This document shows, piece after piece, positions 1-15,600 of a DNA stretch of 64,000 nucleotides (positions within the stretch are counted from its first letter, which is position 1; every line of letters starts with the position of its first letter). Under the pieces are notes generated by a model. It worked only from the letters and a program-made list of their open reading frames with translations. It was not told where the DNA came from and ran no database searches. The position numbers and the translations under genes are program-made. Where the stretch lies: the NCBI RefSeq assembly GCF_009834535.1, contig NC_045705.1, positions 65,472,001 through 65,536,000 on the forward strand, read 5' to 3'. The DNA comes from Camelus ferus (Eukaryota).

Positions 1-872
1 CTTAAGGCTCTCCAAAGCTGCCCACAGAACCATGGATGAAGTCCAAACTCCTAAGCATGGCTTTCATGCCTCATCAGGATCTGGTCTGGCTCAGCACACT
101 CCCTTGCCCTGACAATGTCTGCTGCAGACACACCAAACAAGCTGCTGTTCCCAAACCTTGGGCTTTTCCTTGTGGAATCTGCAAACACAGACTGCCTTTA
201 AAGATTCAGTTTAAATACTTCTTCTGTGAAACATTCCCTGAGCCATCTGGTCTGGGTTAGGTGCCTCCACGGCATCTAGTAGTCTCCTTATTACAGTTCT
301 CAGCACACTAGGTTGTTATCACTTATTCGTCTTTCTCCTCATTTGACTGTAAGCCCCATGAGCTCTTCAAAGGCATTCATTATATCTTTTCTTTCGTTAT
401 AGCTTCAGGCACAGATCTTGTCAATGAAACATCCTTAATAACTTCTGCTAACAGTTAAGAACACTGCAATTCCATAAGTAAAAACTAAAATAATAGACCA
501 GAAAGAAGAAAGAGTAATTAAGACACAGCTCAACTTTTAAAGAAAAACAGCAGGGAATACTAGGACATCAATAGCTAAATGTACTAAATCTGCAGGAAGC
601 AAGCAAGACAGGCAGTACATGCAGGTGTCCAAAGGCAAATTGTTTCAAAATACAACAAAAACAGCTCCCTGGGTAGATGTAAGTAGCCATTATGTCCCGC
701 CCCAGCTCTAGAGTGCCCTGGATTCCCATCAACTAAGCAGATGAAAATGAACTTACCCTGGGGCTCCTTCGAGGCGACTGAACAGATGGGGTCTGCGGAG
801 ACAACACCAATTAAACACAGAGCCGGCCACCAATTTTGGCTCCCTACCTACAACCCCTCTCTCAGCCCTCAC

Positions 873-1380
873 CTCTACAGTATGTGCCACGATCTTCTTC
901 AAGACAATGGGCTTTCTGATTGGAGCCTCCTGGGGTGCCTGGAGAAAAGGGGTGAACATGAGCTCTACATTAGTCCAGGGACCCCACGGGCAGGAGGAAC
1001 TGAAGAACGCAGGGCTCACCTTAGGCCAGATTTCCGGGAGGGTGCTTGGGAGATCAGAGCCTGATTTCCGCTGGGACCTCCGCAGAGACTGAGTGGGAGT
1101 TGGGGCCTTGGGCTCTGGAAGGAGAAAAATTTACGAGGTAGGGGAGCACTCTGGACCTCAGAGTCTAGAGAACAGGTTCTGGAGAGAGCGAGAGAAGGTC
1201 CCTAACAGGCCCTTTGGGGGAGCCTTCCCAGTGGAGGGGACAAGCCTCCTAGTGTAGTGGGGGGAGGGCCTTCCTCACGGGACAGCGTCCCTCAAACGGT
1301 TCAACCCCATCCCTCCCGCGCGCCCTCTGCTCACCGGAGCACTGGGCGGCCCCTCCGGACCGCGTTCGCCTCTCGGACAT
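873..1380 (-). CDS. CDCA5: Sororin (CDCA5), first three coding exons; the gene continues beyond the left edge
   Basis: Exons 1335-1380 (MSERRTRSGGAAQCS), 1020-1114 (EPKAPTPTQSLRRSQRKSGSDLPSTLPEIWPK) and 873-938 (APQEAPIRKPIVLKKIVAHTVE). All have GT/AG boundaries and phases close. Matches the sororin N-terminus as recalled. Confidence 0.95.
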
Positions 1381-1400
1381 GTCTAGCCTTGGTCTCAATG

Positions 1401-1432
<32 letters not shown>

Positions 1433-1440
1433 AGCCGCCG
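1401..1440. repeat. (GCC)10-GCA-(GCC)2 trinucleotide repeat, read as CGG on the CDCA5 sense strand, probably in its 5'UTR
   Basis: Read directly; lies 21-60 nt upstream of the CDCA5 ATG. Confidence 0.95.
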
Positions 1441-1700
1441 GGGCTCGCGCCAACCCGAAGGGCAAACGTTCGAATTACCCGCCTTGCCCGAGAGGAAGCG
1501 GAAGTGACGTAGAGCGGGAGGGCCGCCGAGCTCTCATCACCCCTTCTTCACCCGCCTCCACGTCTAGCGTCTACAGGGGCGGGACCAGTGGCGCGCTGGC
1601 GTCATCAGTGCGCGCTGCACCCGGAAGAGACGTGGCAGCGGAGGGATAATCGGAGCGTTCTGAGCTGGAGTGAGCTGAAGTGAGCTGAGCGAGAGCTCGG
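1440..1700. promoter_or_regulatory. Bidirectional CpG-island promoter of CDCA5 and ZFPL1 with CDE/CHR and ETS motifs
   Basis: Head-to-head genes and CpG-rich sequence. Minus-strand GGCGG-GTAA-TTCGAA at 1469-1483; GCGGAAGTG near 1498-1506; CCGGAAG at 1621-1627; TGACGT near 1505-1510. Confidence 0.75.
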
Positions 1701-2080
1701 CTGAGCGCGGTCTGACCTTCCGCACCTCGCACCAGCCCTCGCGCCCGTGGGGACCGGTGCCGCCTCGGATTAGTAATACGGAGAGTTGGGTGTGTGGAGA
1801 AAGTGGGGTGTGTGGAGAAAGTGGGGGCGGGGCTTGGAAGGGGTGGGGCTCAGGAGGGGCCCCCTTGGGGGCGGGGCCGGTGGTATCGGAGGGACTGATG
1901 GAGGGGCCTGGCCGGGGGTGGGGTACTGGAGGAATGTGGGGTCTCCGGAGGCGGGATTTATTCAGGGGGCGTGGTTCCGAATGAAGAGGTACGGTAGGCA
2001 GGAATTTGGGGTTGGGGAGAATACGAAAGGTGTTTAGGGCAGTTAAGAGTGGAAACGAACTGGGCTGAGTAGCTGCGTAG

Positions 2081-5385
<3,305 letters not shown>

Positions 5386-5705
5386 GCCCTTGCTTATGGC
5401 TGGTCCAGTCTAAGACTTGGGGGCTTAAGCGAGGGGGGAAGTCTGGGGCCCTTCTCTGCTCCTTTCCCTCAAGCCTGAGACACTAAGATTCCAGGCCCAA
5501 AGCCAAGTCCACCAGAGTGGCTGCAGGCTTGGCCTGGGGTCCCTGCAGTTCAAGCGTTTGTCTTGATCTGCTTCCCCTGGTTCTCCAGCCTTCCACCCCG
5601 ACCCCCCACCCAACAAAGGAACTGTCAGGTGGAAATAAATGACAGACTTTATTAAAACACCTGAAGCAGCCTTTTCCTTCCCCTTCTCAGCCTGGTCCCC
5701 AGGCC

Positions 5706-6285
<580 letters not shown>

Positions 6286-8384
6286 TCAGGTCAGCCGGCA
6301 GAGCTTGAACAAGCAGACACTGCCAGGAAAATCAGCCCACCCCTCTGGTTCTAGAATACACAGTCTGGAATAGCAGTAGGATTCTAGAATTGAGGACATT
6401 ATAGGGGACAAGATTCTAGAACACAGGCTGGTTCCAGCCAATACAGGAATGTTTCATGGGTGGCCAGGGCAGCCCTGAATTGTGGAAGGGGTGGTGAGCT
6501 AAAGGTGCAGAGCAGTGGGGCATATCATGTTGCGTGAGGGACAGTGTTCCTCACCATCCCAGCCCACAGCCTCTGTGCTCTTGTGCGAATCTTCTCACCG
6601 AGTCCTCTCAACAGTTCCACACAGGAGGTGGTGTGGACACATTCTATAGGTGAAGACCTGGGGCTCAGAAGAGTGCAGGGGCACATGGCAGGTCCACAGC
6701 AAGTCTTAGACAGATGAGAGACTAGTGTCATCTCTCCTAATAAAACCTCTTCGGTGTAACTGGAGGGCATAACCAGGTGAGGGCAGGCCTGGGCTGGATC
6801 ACAGGCTCCAAGTATTTGTTCTAAACCCTAATGGGGAGGAACTAAGGGAAGGGATAGCTGTCCTAGGACCTTCCCTGTACCCTCCTAGGTGTGACCTGGA
6901 GAGCAACAGGCTTTTCCACCTCCCCAGGTGTTCTTCCAGCACATGATGCTGGCAGCTCTCCCTCTCTGCCACCTTCCAGCCCTCAGCATTTTCACACCCA
7001 TCACCTCTACCATTCCAGGAATCCCACGAGAAAGCTGGGACTGGTGGCACAAATCCTATTTTCTACGTGAGTCTGAGGCACAGAGAGGGATTGCCAGCTC
7101 AAGTTTTTACAACTAATGAGTGAGGGAATCAGTACTGACACTAAGATCCAGTTCTGCCCGAGAATGTGAAAAGTGCAGGGACAGTTAGAAGCCAAGAAGG
7201 AAACATTCCCTCTGCACACGACAAAGGAGGTGAGAATTCAGGATTGTCAACAAAATAAGTCAAAACATGCATGCTTCCAGGAACTAAGGTAGAAGAATTG
7301 ATGTTGAATTTGGCCAGCCCCATTGCCTCCTGCCTCAGAAGTTAAGTCCCAGGTCAGGCCAAGACCTGAAGTCTCCTGCCTCAAAGTGGTAGGGTAAGAG
7401 CCTGACCCCACCAGTTATTGCTGCCCCATGTCATTAATCACATCAGACCCTCAGACCCCCAGCTGAACACATTAAAGGGGTGCTGCCTGGTGCCCTAATG
7501 CCCAGTCTTGGTCACACTGTTGAAACAACTGCCCCTTAGTTCTCATTTGAATGCAAATGGACTTTCATATATTAGGGCTCCTACCTCAATGCTATTCAAA
7601 AAAATCCAAGTAGTGTATGAATACGTTCTTGTCAAAGATTTGCATCATACACAAGCATATAGGGGAAAATGTAACAGTCTCCTGCCTCCACCTCCACCCC
7701 TACAGACATAACCCCTTCAGCAGTTTGGTGAGTGGGCACCTTTTGGGTCCCTTCTTGATGTAAGCTTCATACACCTACATGTACATCTACATGCAGAATT
7801 AAAAAAATAAAATCACACCGTATGTGTTGTCAAAGTATGCTTTTCAAAAAGTTAAAAACACAGTATCTAAATAAAGAATAAATGCATAACTAAGATGTAT
7901 TAACTCATCAGTGAACGTGTTCCCCCTCAGTAAGGTAGTTAACACATCTTGAGGAGCTAGATATTGATACGCATTTAAAGAAGAATGTTAGAATGTGACT
8001 AGGTTAGATCCAAAATTGGTTGATGTCCTACAGGGCAATAAAAACTAAATTTTGAGGTTATTTCCCAACCAGATAGAAATGTGCATCTCTCTGGGATAAT
8101 ATCTAAATTTAAAAAAATTAAACAAATGTACAGTTCTATGAGTAATTAATTCTTGGGTGGGCTTGTGAAACAATGCCCCAGTATGACTTTGGAAGGCCCT
8201 GCTACACTCTTTGTCTTTATTCCAAATTTTGGTTAATTTTTCTTAACAGTATTCTGCAACTTTTTTTTAAAGTATAAATTTCTTGGAGTAGATCTAAATA
8301 TACTCTTTACTTCATTTTTCTTAAGATTGTAGCTTCATAAGCTAAATGTATATATTTTATACAGCTTCTGAACATCCCATAGTT

Positions 8385-8630
8385 TCAGAGGTCAGCAAAC
8401 TTTTCCTGTGAAAGAGCAGATAGTAAATGTTTTAGGTTTTGCCAGCCATATGGTCTCTGTTGCAACCACTCAGTTCTACTGCAGTAGTGCAAAAGCAGGC
8501 ATTGATAAGATGTAAACAAGTGGGTATGGATATGTTCCCATAAAACTTTATTTATGGACATAAATACGAATGTCATATAATTTTCACGTCGTGAAATGTC
8601 ACTATTATATTTTTCAACCATTTAAAAATG
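8385..8630 (+). mobile_element. MER58-like hAT-Charlie DNA transposon remnant
   Basis: CAGAGGTCAGCAAACTTTTCCTGTGAAAGAGCAGATAGTAAATGTTTTAGG...CCCATAAAACTTTATTTA resembles the MER58 consensus as recalled; subfamily not verified. Confidence 0.7.
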
Positions 8631-9539
8631 AAGGAAAAAAAAAAAAGCAGCAGCTTACAGTGTGGCTGTGTTTGGTTCGAAGGATCCCTGTGGAAGAATA
8701 AAGTTGTTTCTATTTCCACCCCTGGCCCCCCAGCCCATCATAAGTAATGTTTGAAAGGCCACATTCACAGTCTTTTTCTCCTTTTCATCCATTCAAAATC
8801 AGCATGTTTCAATTTGACCTCCAAATCTTTCCCTATCTTCAGCTCTTCACCTCGTTGAACAGCTGTACCTTTGTCCAAATCAGAAACCTGGGAATTATCC
8901 TCAACATCTCCACCCAACCTCTCACTGGACACATCTCATCAGTCACTTAACATCTGCCAAGTGTGCCTTATCAGCACGGTATAATAGTTATCAAATTCAA
9001 GTGCACCCAAACTACTTGAGGATTTTTAAAAAGAAGCTAGGTCTGAAGGGAGCCCAGAGTCTGCAACGCGCCAAAGGTAATTCTGAAGGCAATTCTGATC
9101 CACATCAGAGGACCAGGCTTGAGAAACACTACGGTAGAGTCACTGTGGGGTACTGTACATACATTTAATCCTCAAAGCCCCCTTGTGAAATACATACCCC
9201 AATGGGGAAGCTAAGCCGTGGCCCCGGTAACAAGGCAGTGGCAGGATGCCAGGCACGTGGTCTCTGGCTCCATGGCCTGCATTCCGTCCACTGCATCTAG
9301 GGACATATTCCCTGAGACCTTGCCTGCAGGGGTGCGGGGTTGGGAGCCACGCCCCGCTCTCCTTCTGAGAAGAGAGTAACCCGACCAGTTCCACAGAATC
9401 CTTCCACCTGAGAAGCTGGGGGACCCCAGGGCTCTTCCGGAACCTCTTCGCTCAGAGAGGAAAGACGGGGGGAACTCTAATCTCGAAGGACTAAGGCTGC
9501 AGGGGGACGTTTCACCTGAAGGACTGCCTCGTTTCAATA

Positions 9540-9620
9540 ACAACTTTATGGCTCCCGGAAGTGCCTCCTCCCCGACTCCTGCCCAGCCTCACGCCCGTGG
9601 ACTGCAGTTGGAGCCATGGC
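9540..9620 (+). promoter_or_regulatory. VPS51 CpG-island promoter with ETS/GABP motif
   Basis: CCGGAAGTG at 9555-9563, about 55 nt upstream of the ATG at 9616, in CpG-rich sequence. Confidence 0.6.
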
Positions 9621-12600
9621 GGCCGCAGCCGCTGGGCCTGGCCCGGGGTCTGGACCTGGGGACTCCCTGGAGCGGCCCGAAGCGGAGGCTCCGGAGCGTC
9701 GGCGGAAGGCGCATGGGATGCTGAAGCTTTACTACGGCCTCTCAGAGGGGGAGGCTGCGGGGCGCCCCGTGGGGCCGGACCCCCTGGACCCGACGGATCT
9801 CAACGGGGCGCACTTCGACCCGGAAGTGTATCTGGACAAGGTGTGTGTATGGGTAAGGGGACCAGACCCCCGATATATTGCACCCCACAGATAATGCCTG
9901 AGACGTTGCGGGGGTGAGGGAAGCAGGGGTTCATAAAAGCAGGACGACCCTCGGTCGGGCAGTAGGGTCAGAGCTGGAGTTTAAGGGGGCGTGGGCAGAC
10001 GTGGACTGACCTGAGATAGTGAGAAGTCTGCAGTCTCCTGGGCTGATCGATCGTATGAGACCCGAGATAGGAGCGTGGCCCAGGCGCAGACAGGCGTAGG
10101 ACTGGGCCTTGGCTAAATCTGCGGATTTCAAATGCTGACAAATCCCAAAAGGGTCTAACTTGGTAACTCCTGAGCTATGCCGCTTACAGGCTCCATGTCT
10201 GAGATTACTGTCAATGGAGGAGGAGGGAAATCAGGGTTTTCTTGCACTAAAAGCCTTCCCAGTTAGGGGCAAGGCTGGGGGACATGAGTGCCCCCTGTCC
10301 TGAACACTAACCACCCAATTTCCTCCAGCTGCGTAGAGNNNNNNNNNNNNNNNNNNNNNNNNNNNNNNNNNNNNNNNNNNNNNNNNNNNNNNNNNNNNNN
10401 NNNNNNNNNNNNNNNNNNNNNNNNNNNNNNNNNNNNNNNNNNNNNNNNNNNNNNNNNNNNNNNNNNNNNNNNNNNNNTCCTTGCAGACCCACATCGCCCA
10501 GTTACTCCTGTGTTGGGGAAGCCAGAGGATTTAGATGGAGCAGACCCAGATTCCAGTCCTGCCCTGACATTAATCCACTGTCACCTCTTTCTCTGAGAGC
10601 ATTTGTGATCTGATGGCTATAGAGGTAATAACTGTTCTCAGAGGGTTGTTTTGAGGACCAAAGGAGAGAAAGGACAAAATGAAATTTAAAAAAAAAAATG
10701 AATTTATCTGAAACACTTAGACTCTCTGACACTAAGGGTGCCTCAGTAAGGTTAGTTTCGCTCATTAGTGGCATTGTTCTTCTTTGGTTCACGTCTGCCT
10801 TGATGATGAGCTTATGTCTTTCTCTCTCTTCTCTTCTTTCCTTTTCTTCCTTCCTACCTCTCTCCTTCCTTCATTCCTTTCCCCTTCTCCCCTTCTTCTT
10901 CTTCTTTTTTTTTTTTTTTAACAAATCCATACTTTTATTTACTTTTCAATAAGTTTAAATCCTTGAGGGGTACAGCAGCACATGGATTCTGTGTCCAGTG
11001 GCCTTAGCAGGAAGATTGCTTCAGAATTTGGCATGAACTATGCCACTGTTTCCATGAGCACGAGTTACCTTTCCCCAGATTACTCTGGTTTTGTTCAGTT
11101 TTCCACCAGGAGTTAATGTGTTGTTCTTTGCTTTGTACACACAAGCACATCTCTTGCCTAGATAGAATTCAATTTCATCTCGCGCATCAATACCGTCAAT
11201 TTTATGAAGAGCCGTGTGCTCCCTCTGGTTCCGGAGACCCCTCTTATAGCCAGCAAAAATGGCCTTGGACCACAGCCTTCCAGACATGTTTATTGGTTTA
11301 GAAGTCCTGTTCCCAGCAGGTTTCCACAGTCTCCAAGATGGCTGAAAGAGCTCTTTTTTTTTTTTTTTTTTTTTTAATGAAGCAAAGAGACTGAAAACTT
11401 ATGACAGTAAGGGATGAAGATCAAGTAAAGGGTTTCTTCCCCTTCTGTCCCTTTTATTCAAGACAGTGCTAGACAGCATTCAGCTATCATCTGCACTAGC
11501 TTCTGTCCTCTGTTGGTGACATGCACTGCTCAGACTTTTGTAATAATTTTGGACCCACACGTACTAGTCCTAGAGGCAGATCTGGAGGGTCTACCTGTAG
11601 TCTGTGGGAATGTCCCATGAACCTCTGTGGGGTGCATTCTCACACCTCTCATTCTGCTCACATCACAATGGTGGGTGTAGTAACACACAGTCATCGTTCT
11701 CTTATCTGATTTGAAGCAGGTTCTATGAGTACGTGCCCTTCTATTTGTTAATATTAATATCAGCATCAAACAGCAAGAAAGTATAATTCCTATGCTGAGA
11801 AATTTCTCCAGGAATTTTGCCAACATTACATTTTCCATTTGTTAGAATATGTATAATAGTTTGACACTTAGCTCTTCTTAATAGGGATGATTTGGTTTTT
11901 TACCTTTTTTCCTAAGAAAAGGAGAAAATTAGAAAGTGAGTGTTGGAGTTAGAGGTTCTAAATCTATAAAGACTTTAGAGTCTTATATTCCTTAAAGAAA
12001 TAATCACTGAATGCTTTTTTTTTTTTTTTTTCCTTCCTTTTTTGCCAAGGGCTTCTCTGCATATTGGGAATCTAACAGTGAACCAACTAGATCAAGCTCC
12101 TGCCTGGAGCCCACATTCTAGTTGGGAAGACAGACAATAAGTGAACACACAAATAAAAGTAGTAGTACGTGCTATAAGAAAAAACAGTAAGAGGAAAAGA
12201 GTAATGTGGGGGGGGTGTGTGTCCATCTTTAGGGTAAGTATGAGAAGGCACCTCTGAGGTGGTAACCTTTGAGCAGGGCCTTGGTGAGGAAGAGCCAGCT
12301 GTGGGGAGGAGAAGTTGGGGGACGAAACAGCAGGAACAAGAATTCTGAAGAGAGAACGTGTCTGGTGTATTCAGAGTGAAGCAGGGAGTTTGGGAGGAGG
12401 AAGGGAGGAGGAGAGGTAGATGACTAGGGTGGAGGGTTAGTGGGGGCCAGATTATGTAGGGATTTCTAAGTGGGTATGAAGATCCTGCTCTTTACTCTGA
12501 GTGAGAGGAAATGAACAGAAGAATGGGGTGACCTGACTTCTGTTTTAAAAGGACCTCTCTGCCCACTTTATTGAGACTGGACTATAGGGAGGCAAGGATG

Positions 12601-15600
12601 GCAGAGATACCCATTAGAAGGCTATTGCAACAGGCTATTGCAAGATGCTGGTGGTATGGACTGAGGGATAACAGTGGAAAAGTGGGAGGATCTGGGGGCA
12701 GAGGGGCCCAGGCTAAGGAAACAACCTGTGCAAAGGCCCTGGGAAAGTGCTGTGACCGGAGCAGGGAGAAAAAGAGAATGGAGCAGGGAGAACAAGAGAA
12801 CAGAGCAGGGTCTGACTGCATTGGCTATGCGCCAGGGGTGGTTTTCTGAAAAGACCAAAAAGTAAATATTTTAGGCTTTGTGGACCATCTGGTTTCTGTT
12901 GGAACTACTTAGATACCATTGTAGCCTGAAAGCAACTGGAGATAATATAAATGACTCAGCATGGCTGTATTCCAGCAAAATTCATTTACGCAAACAGGCA
13001 TGGTGTCCAGAGTGACCTCAGCAAAAATAGTGGAGGAGGTGCATTTGAAAATGTCCCCTCCATGAAAGCAACCCCAAAACTGGCCAAAATAGTTAGAATT
13101 AACTTTCTCAGAACTCTGAAAATTAACCAAAGATGTGCAGCAATCACAGGAGCATTTATTTGACAAAAACAGCTGAATCTTGGTAAAAGTAGCAATCCTG
13201 AGATGTTTTAACTTGCCCTGGCCCCACCATTTCCTCTCCATCTCTGCAGTAACCTTGAAAAATAGCCCATATTCCTAGTACTAGAAGGAATGGAACAAAG
13301 CTGGAGCTGTTTCAATGCCTCATGCCCAAAGAATTATCATTATTTAACCTGTCTGGTGGTTTCCTAACACACTCACTCCACTCCGTAGGTTTGTCTTGAC
13401 CTGGAGGTCACCCAGTGCTAAAAGCCTCCCACCAGAGTTGTTTGTCAAAAACAATTATAGGCAAAAGTGGTGTCTCCCTGAAGTGATGAATAATACCTGG
13501 GGCAAATAATAGTACTAGCCCAAAAGCTTAAAAGGAAAAGCTGAGGAATGAGATGTCTCTAGGGGCTTTGACAAGCTCTGACATATTAGTAATTTTGAAG
13601 GGCCAACATATGTAGGGTAGTACACATGCTTTTAAGAAGGACCTGAGAATGCCCTAAGCTCTCACCTCTGGCTCACCTTCAGGCTCAGTGCGAGCAGGAA
13701 GTGAAAGCTGAGGCAGAGTTATAAACCTCCTGGTTAAGTGTTTAAGGTATGCCCCAATACCACACACAGAGCTCCTCAATAAATACTAGGAGATTTATTG
13801 TTTCCAGGTATTTAAAGAAATTCCTGTCCAATCAGTAGCTGATCACTAAGCTTACCAAGTAAGTATTTTAGTGGCTATACACAACAAAGAATTCAGACTT
13901 CACAGAATTGATTCAGAAGCTAATTAGTACAGGTTTAGTAACTCAGAAAAATAAACAACAGCAACAAGCAGCAACAACAATAAACAGGAGAAGAGAATCT
14001 GATTCCTAGACTTGCCATGTTATTTAATATATCTGTTTTTTCAACAAAAATTTATAGGACATGCAAATAAAGCAGGAATCCGGCCCATACAGGGGGAAAA
14101 ACTCAGTAGAAACTCTGTAGAAGCCCAGACATTGGATTTATTACAGAGATTTAAATCTGCTATTTTGAGTATATTCAGAGACCTAAAGTAAACTATATCT
14201 AAACTAAAGAAAGGAATGAGATTGTTTCACCAAATACAGAATATCAAATAGAAGAAATTATTTAACAAAAGAACCAAATAGAAATGATAAGGTACAACAA
14301 CTAAAATGAAAGATCGCTGGAGGGGCTCTTTTACAGATTTGAACAAGCAAAGAAAGAACAAGCAGACTTGAACATAGGTTAGATGAAATTATTCAGTGTG
14401 AGGAACAGAAAGAACAAAGCATGAAGAAAAGTGAAGAGAGCCTTAGGGACCTGGGGTACACCATCAAGTGTGCTCACACCTGCATAATGGGGATGCCAGA
14501 GTGAGTGGAGAAAGCAGAAATAATACATGAAGAAATAATGGGCAAAACCTGCCCAAATTTGATGAAAAGCATGAATATACACATCCAAAAAGCACAACAA
14601 ACCCCAAACCCTTGTTCCACAAGGCAGAGAGAGAGGGTTTGGGAGGTCTGGGAAGGAGATAAGGGCGTACAAGTATTTATTGTCTCCTGGTGCCAGGCAG
14701 TGTGCTGGGCCTGGAAGATGCCCCTGGGAAGGAGCAGACAGGTCCCTGCCAAGTGCCCTGTGCCCTCCTTTGGATCTGGGTGTCTTCTGGGAGCAAGGGC
14801 TGTCATATCATGGGCCATCTCCCCACTGCACCAGGGCTAGGAGCACACAAGGGGTGCTCAGAAAACATCTGCTGCACTGACATAATGACACCTACCCCCA
14901 TTTCCAGTGACCACGCACCACTGCAACCCTTTTCAATCACCGAATCATCAGTGTGACCCTAGAGTGGGCTCAGGCGCGCTTGGGAAGTGGGGTGAGGGTG
15001 TGTGAGGGCATTTGGCCGTGGTCTCAAGCTGAGTGTTCTGCCTGGGCCCCTCCTCAACCGCTTTTCCCTCTCCTGCGCTCCTGCACTCCTAGACACCATT
15101 CGGAAGATGAAGAACGATTTCCGGAAGATGGAGGACGAGATGGACCGGCTGGCCACCAACATGGCAGTGATCACAGAATTCAGCGCGCGCATCAGTGCCA
15201 CGCTGCAGGACCGTCACGAGCGCATCACCAAGCTGGCAGGTGGGCCGCGCCCCAGAGCTGGGGCTAAAATGGGCCACCCTCGGGGCTTTGGGGCTAACAC
15301 CATCTCCCCCTGTCCCCCCAGGGGTCCACGCGCTGTTACGGAAGCTGCAGTTCCTCTTCGAGCTGCCCTCACGCCTCACCAAGTGCGTGGAGCTGGGCGC
15401 CTACGGGCAGGCGGTGCGCTACCAGGGCCGCGCGCGGGCCGTGCTGCAGCAGTACCAGCACCTGCCGTCTTTCCGCGCCATCCAGGACGACTGCCAGGTC
15501 ATCACGGCTCGCCTAGCCCAGCAACTACGGCAGCGCTTCAGGTGTGGGCCCAGGGCTCTCATTGCCACCCTCGCTGGGCACCTGGGTCTGCTCCCATCCC

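Noticed and set aside
1257-1649. 130-aa plus-strand ORF with poly-Ala (MAAAAAAAAAAAAAG from ATG 1398)
   Set aside because: It is the antisense reading of the CDCA5 CGG repeat and lies upstream of the likely ZFPL1 start; no recognisable protein.
1789-1824. 18-bp direct repeat (GGTGTGTGGAGAAAGTGG x2), with nearby TGAGCT repeats at 1661-1690
   Set aside because: Simple local duplications with no spacer structure; not CRISPR-like and no functional support.
6525-7050. Short ORFs between CATSPERH and VPS51 as a possible hidden gene
   Set aside because: No recognisable domain, no consistent exon chain and no clear start context.
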